A DNA stretch of 54,509 nucleotides, the filler included, from Sphacelaria rigidula (taxonomy: Eukaryota), in NCBI GenBank assembly GCA_964200075.2. It is 3 parts of 3 records of this genome, joined end to end, with 100 filler letters (N's around TTAATTAATTAA, not from the genome) between each part and the next. Parts side by side here need not be neighbours in the genome. Positions count along the whole stretch, not along the records: positions 36,410 to 54,509 come from CAXNAA020000918.1; 2 more parts are not named here. One strand, given 5' to 3'. The notes beneath the pieces were generated by a model. It had not been told where the DNA came from and did not search any database. It worked only from the letters and a program-made list of their open reading frames with translations. A program made the position numbers and the translations under genes. Below, piece by piece: positions 49,501 through 54,509 of this stretch (positions are counted from its first letter, which is position 1; each line of letters opens with the position of its first letter).

Positions 49501-52500
49501 ACCATACGATTGGGAGTTAATTTGGTCTGATCGAGGATACACCGTCTATATAAGGAAATGGAGGGTTCCTTTTGGCAGTGTCATGTATGTGAGATACACA
49601 AACGGGATTTCCCCGAAAAAACATCGAATGATGAAAAAACAGCAAAAAATGCGCATGTGAAGAGACAGAAGCATTTCCGAAACTGCCTGTTTTTTTTTTC
49701 CCTTTGGCTGCAAAGTGTGTGGTAATCAAGGTTATTGCAGACATTCGTTTACTCGGGTCGTTGCAAACATTCGTTTACTCGAGTCACTGCAAACGTTCGT
49801 TTACTTGAGTCGTTACAAACATTCGTTTGCTTGATTTTTTGTGTGATTTAACAATCGCAACCGCAATTAAAAGGTCCCAAACGCTTCTTTTGCTCTCCCC
49901 TTCGTGTATCTCTCGTGAAGCAGTTTGGCAAGTATAAGCTATCCGGGCAGCGCGTGGAGAATCTTGACGGTAGGGAAGTGCCGATTGTGCGCTCCGTGGG
50001 GCTAGCAGATAGCGCAGCGTCGAAGATTATGGAGTCTGTCTCGAAGAGGTAACGAGCAAGGCCACGGTAGGGGATATGATGCTGCACACTAACGCCCAGA
50101 CATTCATTGAGAGGCTCCTACAACAAAAAGCCCCAGAAAGAAATAATACACCCCTACCGTGGCGTTGCTCTAACAGACTAGATGGAGCATGACTTTTATG
50201 TATATATGTATATTTGTTCGCAATCGATATTCCGTAGCGGCCCGATGGTGTAACGGTACGCGTAACCCCTCTCGGCTGGGGAAACGCAGGTTCGACTCCC
50301 GCCACTTGCGTCTACTTTTACTTTTACTCACGAGTGCTGTATCCGTCGTTGAAAGCGTGAGGACATGAAATGCGGACAATAGTCTGATTGGCTGAGTTTG
50401 TTATGTCATACGACAGTCGACGCGGCCCAAGAGTGCTGATAATAGTCATGATCCATTCGGGAATACCACAATGTAAGGCGTGTACCGGGGGAGAGAAGGG
50501 TCGATCCCTTGACACCACGGACCCGTCCCGAGGAAGAGGAGGCGTTTGAAGTGAGAAGGGGGGAAACGTGTTTTAATTGGACTAACCTGGGAGCTGGGGT
50601 CATGGTCTAGCAGTAAAGATGCGAACGCGCGTGGTTTTGCGGGTTTGCCGAAAAAGTGATCTGAAATTTCACTAGTGCGAGTTGAGACAGGGAAGTATAC
50701 ATGAACGGCAACAAGCGAAAAACGTAGAAGTTACGCAATGAATGGATGGAGGATACTGTGTCTGCCTGTGACATGCTGCTTTCCCCTGTGTCTTGTCAAA
50801 ATATCACTACATATGCTAATTTACAAACAATATGCAACGACACCGTTCAGTTACCGCCTCTGAGAACACCGACGCATAGAACTGCCAGGTCAACAGTTAC
50901 CAGTGCCTGTATTCTCTGCGTTCGATATTACCGTGACTTCCGCCCAATGCGTTACCTTCATGCCCAGCTCCGAGTCTTCGTACGGGGCAGTACACGGAGC
51001 AGCATTGCTGTGTCATACAACGCCATGAAAAACAATAATGTCGTATGCATCGTGTGGGTGGTCAGGTTCGTGTATTGGGAAGAAGACAGACCACCTCAGC
51101 ACACGCTGTCGATTATCACCAACCCTGAGCCTAGCCAGGTCAGCAACCCCGCTTTGCGCGGCGCAAGGGACAAGGCCTCTCCTCCGGTCGCCGGCGGCAC
51201 CGACACTGGGGGCGTTGAGAAAGGGTCGGTCAATCCGGGCCCGTGCCGGAAGTACAACGTACGAGAGGGCGTGGACATGTTTAAGGGGGTATGCGACCTG
51301 GATTCCGTGGGGTAAGGAGAAGCCGAGAACAATACTGTATGAACGTGGAGTCGTGCACCGATACAGGCAGCGGGGGCGTACTCTTCTGTTGCTTGCCTTA
51401 GTCGTTTTGACCATTGACCACTCATCCCTTTCGAGATGGAGCAATGGGGAGGGAGGGGGTTGCCATGGTAGGACCAATGATCCCGTTTCGATTCATTGAA
51501 TAAACGCACCTCCGAAGAATCTGTTTTGATTACTTGACTGAAAACAGCTGCATAGATAAGTGTAGACGGCAAAGTCACTTCGGAGAATCGGTCTTGCTGG
51601 GTGCAGTAGTATGGCCATGTCCGGTAGATGAGAGTTCAACAGTACCTTCGCCCTCTAGGGAGAATACAATTTCACAATGCTCATGCCCCCCCTCTCACTG
51701 CGGGTCTGATACATTTCGATATTTCACTGCCCCCTCCCCTCCCTCAATATTTGCACAACTTGCACTGTGGAGTACATCTTACTGTATCACACGGCAGCGT
51801 TCCTTTAGGACTCCACATCATCCTGAAGTCAGCAAACTGCAAAGGTTGTAGGTTTGATCACACTTGCCTGGTTTCTAGTATACACACGCGACCATTTGTC
51901 TACACCCCAAAATGCCTCCGGAGGGATGCGCGGCCCTCCAGGGGAAAAACAAGCCTTCGGAGGCCTTCAATCCCTCTGGAGGAAACCAAACTCTACCGAC
52001 CCGGAGGGCCACGCATCCCTCCGGAGGAATTTGGGGATATGCGCGGCCCTCCAGAGGCAAAAATAAGCCTCCGGACGTGTTTAATCCCTCTGGAGGAAAC
52101 AAAAAAATCCCCTCCGGAGGGCCGCGCATCCCTCCGGAGGCGTTTAATCCCTCTGGAGGCTCGAGAAGTTTACCCACCTGGCGGAATTTCGGAGGTAGCC
52201 AAATGGCCGCGTGTGTAACGTTGGGTTGGAATCCTCGCTCACGTTTGTCATCATTTTCTCGGGACTTTTTTTTTTTTAATTTCGCGGAAGTGTCGTCGGA
52301 GCATGCGTGCCCAACAATACCCCTTCGCCCGGCGGTCAGAGTGAGAAACGCCTCATTTGGCATCTCCCTCACATGGCTATCCTAGCCAAAGATAGTGCCC
52401 ATCTAGCGGTAAGATTCGCACTGCATCCGTCCTGCGTGTAGTTTGCGGAGTGATCTTGGTCCCGTAACCCGTCTGTATTTTTGCTGGGGTCAGGAAGAAG

Positions 52501-54205
52501 GACTAGTAAACCCTTGGCTGATGCCGAAGGTGTCCTTTTTGTGCCCGTCTATGTCATTGCGCACTTCATTTGAGCTACCTTTTTATGTACCAATCAATAA
52601 CCCTGCAGTAGTAGCAAGCAAGGCATTCAAAGATATCGCGGCCAGAGGGTCTAAAATAGGGAAGGGGAAGACGTGCACCAGGGTACACATGCACATTGTG
52701 TGTCTATTGGAGGTCATGTTCCTCACCAGTCGTCCTCATCGAGAAGAAATTAGGAGACTTGGCAAAATCTTTCAAGTAACGAGTGATGCTACGGTAGGGG
52801 TGCATACATATTTTCCGAGGTTAGAATTGTTAGGAGCTCTTGATCTCATGCAAAACACTACTTATGAAACGATGTAAAAGTACGCCAGGATTACTACTCC
52901 AATGTGATGGGGATATCCCGAATGAATCTGCAAGCGGGGATGACCTGACCCATATTCTTGCGCATCTAGAATCTTTACGAGCCCCTGAGCTAGACAATAT
53001 TTCGCGAAAAACGTGTACCCCTACCATAGCATTGCTCTAACGCAATATTTTGCTGAATTTGTTTTGCTTTAAAATGTTATCCCACAATCTTTTTCAACAG
53101 TTGGAGCTATTGTCTCGATAAAAACTTTCGTATATATATATATAGATATAGATACTACAAAATTTCACAAAATCGGTCTGCCACCCGAAGCCGACGCATG
53201 GTGCGAAAAATATATCTTTCGGATTTTCACGAATTTCCGTCAAGAAGCAGTGACTCTGCTACAATATAAACGAACCTCATGCTCTCTTGCAAAAAGCTGT
53301 GGGTATTAGCGATATGGTGCACATTCATGTTTGAGTCATGCCGCGATAGCCCCCCCCCCCTCACGAAATGACGAAAATAAGATTACGAAGAAACGGCAAT
53401 ACGGCGCATCGAGATAATGGCCGGTTTCAGAAACTAGGTCTTGAGATTTATTATGAATACTGCAGTGTCGATAGCTGGTTTTCCAAAATCAGCTCTCGAA
53501 ATTCATTTTGAAGAACGCATACATAGTTGGTTTCAGAAACCAGGTCTAAACACCTCACATTCAAATTTTGCCTCGATCCCCGTTGCACTTTTCTTAGCGG
53601 CGCTGGCGCGGCATCGCCCAGTTACCCTCCTCCTCCGAATGAGTAGGAAATATGTTGACACATATCCGTCCCCGATCGCGGTGTCCAGAGCTGCAATAGT
53701 ACCGTCCTCTGGATCAACAGATGAATACTCTGTTGCCCGTTACCCGGACATCAAAGATCCGTTGGCAACTGATCGCACATACCCAACGCAATGGTAAAAT
53801 AAGACAAATAATAAAATAATGGCACGGGTAACGTCTTCAAAATATCATCATCCGGCATGGTGTCTCTGCACTTATGCCATGTACCTCACTCGGCCTGCAT
53901 TTCCCCCATGAGTCGCAGGTTGCTTGTCCATGGCAGGTATAGCCCCCCCCCCCCCCCCCCACCCTTCCGGTCCTCGATAGGTGTACCAATCCTTTCTTAC
54001 TTGATCCCTCCTCCGCTCGACCACGTACTGATTTCATAGCGCGCACGGCCTGGACGAGTGCTGTGGTGCATGCGAGCGGGTGGCAGCCTGCCAAGCGTTT
54101 TCCTTCGATACAGGGGCTGGTTTGTGCTACACCAAGAACTGCAATCGGCCGACGCACTTCGGGACCAACATCCGAGGAGTGGTTTCTGGCTTCAAGTCTT
54201 CTTGA
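43557..54205 (+). CDS. Type II membrane protein with GT-A glycosyltransferase-like domain and C-terminal PAN/Apple domain, about 597-602 aa, 9 exons
   Basis: Exons 43557-43772, 45200-45449, 45890-45964 (or -45979), 46449-46644, 46931-47130, 48435-48754, 49924-50048, 51066-51311, 54040-54205; all GT-AG with matching phases, ATG to TGA. Basic N-tail, one TM helix (FWCITLLLVVVVAVIICAPYLVL), S/P/A-rich stem, then FAASFREV..ADLVLFV, RVIMVDVGDTLFQANPY, FSGVTIA, GVDQGLHNYLLH. C-terminus GVDMFKGVCDL..ECCGAC..CQAFSF..CYTK..VVSG fits PAN/Apple cysteine spacing. Confidence 0.85.
44540..44586. repeat. (GCT)n imperfect microsatellite, intronic
   Basis: Run of GCT/GCC/GTT triplets. Confidence 0.9.
45511..45727 (-). 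mobile_element. Degenerate copy of the about 235-bp MITE at 52792-53026, opposite orientation
   Basis: TATGGGTCAGG..TTCGGGATATC..TTGGA..GTTTCATA..CTCCTAACAA..TGCACCCCTACC is collinear with the reverse complement of 52792-53026. Confidence 0.7.
47590..47645 (+). repeat. Dispersed short intronic repeat, copy 3
   Basis: GGTCAGTGGTCAAACGACTAAGGCAAGCAACAAATGAGTAC + C-rich tract. Confidence 0.9.
49737..49833. repeat. Minisatellite, about 4 x 26 bp
   Basis: GCAAACATTCGTTTACTCGAGTCGTT-type unit. Confidence 0.9.
50237..50310 (+). repeat. tRNA-derived SINE head or tRNA pseudogene, intronic
   Basis: A box TGGTGTAACGG and B box GGTTCGACTCC at tRNA-like spacing; the T-arm pairs but the acceptor stem does not. 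Confidence 0.6.
50482..50553 (+). repeat. Dispersed intronic repeat (second family), copy 2
   Basis: Matches 16372-16445. Confidence 0.8.
51372..51436 (-). repeat. Dispersed short intronic repeat, copy 4
   Basis: GTACTCTTCTGTTGCTTGCCTTAGTCGTTTTGACCATTGACC..CATCCCTTTCGAG, collinear with copy 2. Confidence 0.88.
51915..52200. repeat. Array of palindromic CCTC(C/T)GGAGG motifs in both orientations
   Basis: More than 10 variants of CCTCCGGAGG / AATCCCTCTGGAGG with higher-order units. Confidence 0.85.
52792..53026 (+). mobile_element. Tc1/mariner-type MITE, 235 bp, TA flanks
   Basis: TA|CGGTAGGGGTGCA ... TGTACCCCTACCA|TA. Confidence 0.8.
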
Positions 54206-54509
54206 CGCGTTTGATCCCTCACAGTGTCCGCTCAGCGCGGAGGAGAACAAGCAATAACAGATGATCCGCAGTGTAGGAAGATCTTCAGTCGGTATCGAAA
54301 TATTTGCACGTAACAGCCCGTGTTTCTTAGAATATATGGTTGTATCGTTGTATTGCGAGCGTTGAACGATCGACTACGTAAAAAAATAACCAACTCCGGA
54401 GTGATGCCGGGATTCCCCCCCTCCCCCCCAAAGACTGGTGACGCACCCATGAGGCAGTGTATAGGCTGTGGCTGTCTCGGGAAGTGGCGATACCAGATAA
54501 TAAAGCAAC

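Noticed and set aside
50237-50310. Functional tRNA gene
   Set aside because: The acceptor stem does not pair and the anticodon arm is irregular.
51628-52385. Long overlapping ORFs of 157-196 aa
   Set aside because: By-products of the GC-rich palindromic repeat array inside an intron.
763-54205. Functional clustering of VPS13, hydrolase, CDC26 and GT-like genes
   Set aside because: They lie on three artificially joined contigs; only genes within one segment are real neighbours.

Overview
Intron-rich eukaryotic nuclear DNA. The short exons, 0.3-3 kb introns, poly-C/G tracts and many small inverted-repeat transposons suggest a brown alga or related stramenopile (inference). The window is not one locus: two artificial 100-nt linkers (N44-TTAATTAATTAA-N44) join three pieces of 18,107, 18,102 and 18,100 nt. 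Piece 1 (1-18107) holds 16 phase-consistent exons (1,159 aa) of a minus-strand VPS13-family gene with two C2 domains before the VPS13 C-terminal region. Piece 2 (18208-36309) holds a cluster of MITE/foldback elements and part of a plus-strand alpha/beta-hydrolase gene (GHSIGG). One of its introns is 8.2 kb and carries a decayed Ty3/Gypsy element plus a Copia fragment. Piece 3 (36410-54509) holds a CDC26/APC12 ORF followed 324 nt later, same strand and with no intervening ATG, by an apparently intronless 279-aa ORF. It also holds a complete 9-exon type II membrane protein gene with a glycosyltransferase-like domain and a C-terminal PAN/Apple domain. The best candidate for an undescribed system is the CDC26 + 279-aa ORF pair, a possible bicistronic (uORF-type) mRNA paralleling plant CDC26-TTM3 but with a different partner. 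All gene models were hand-spliced, and family assignments come from motif recognition, not database searches.
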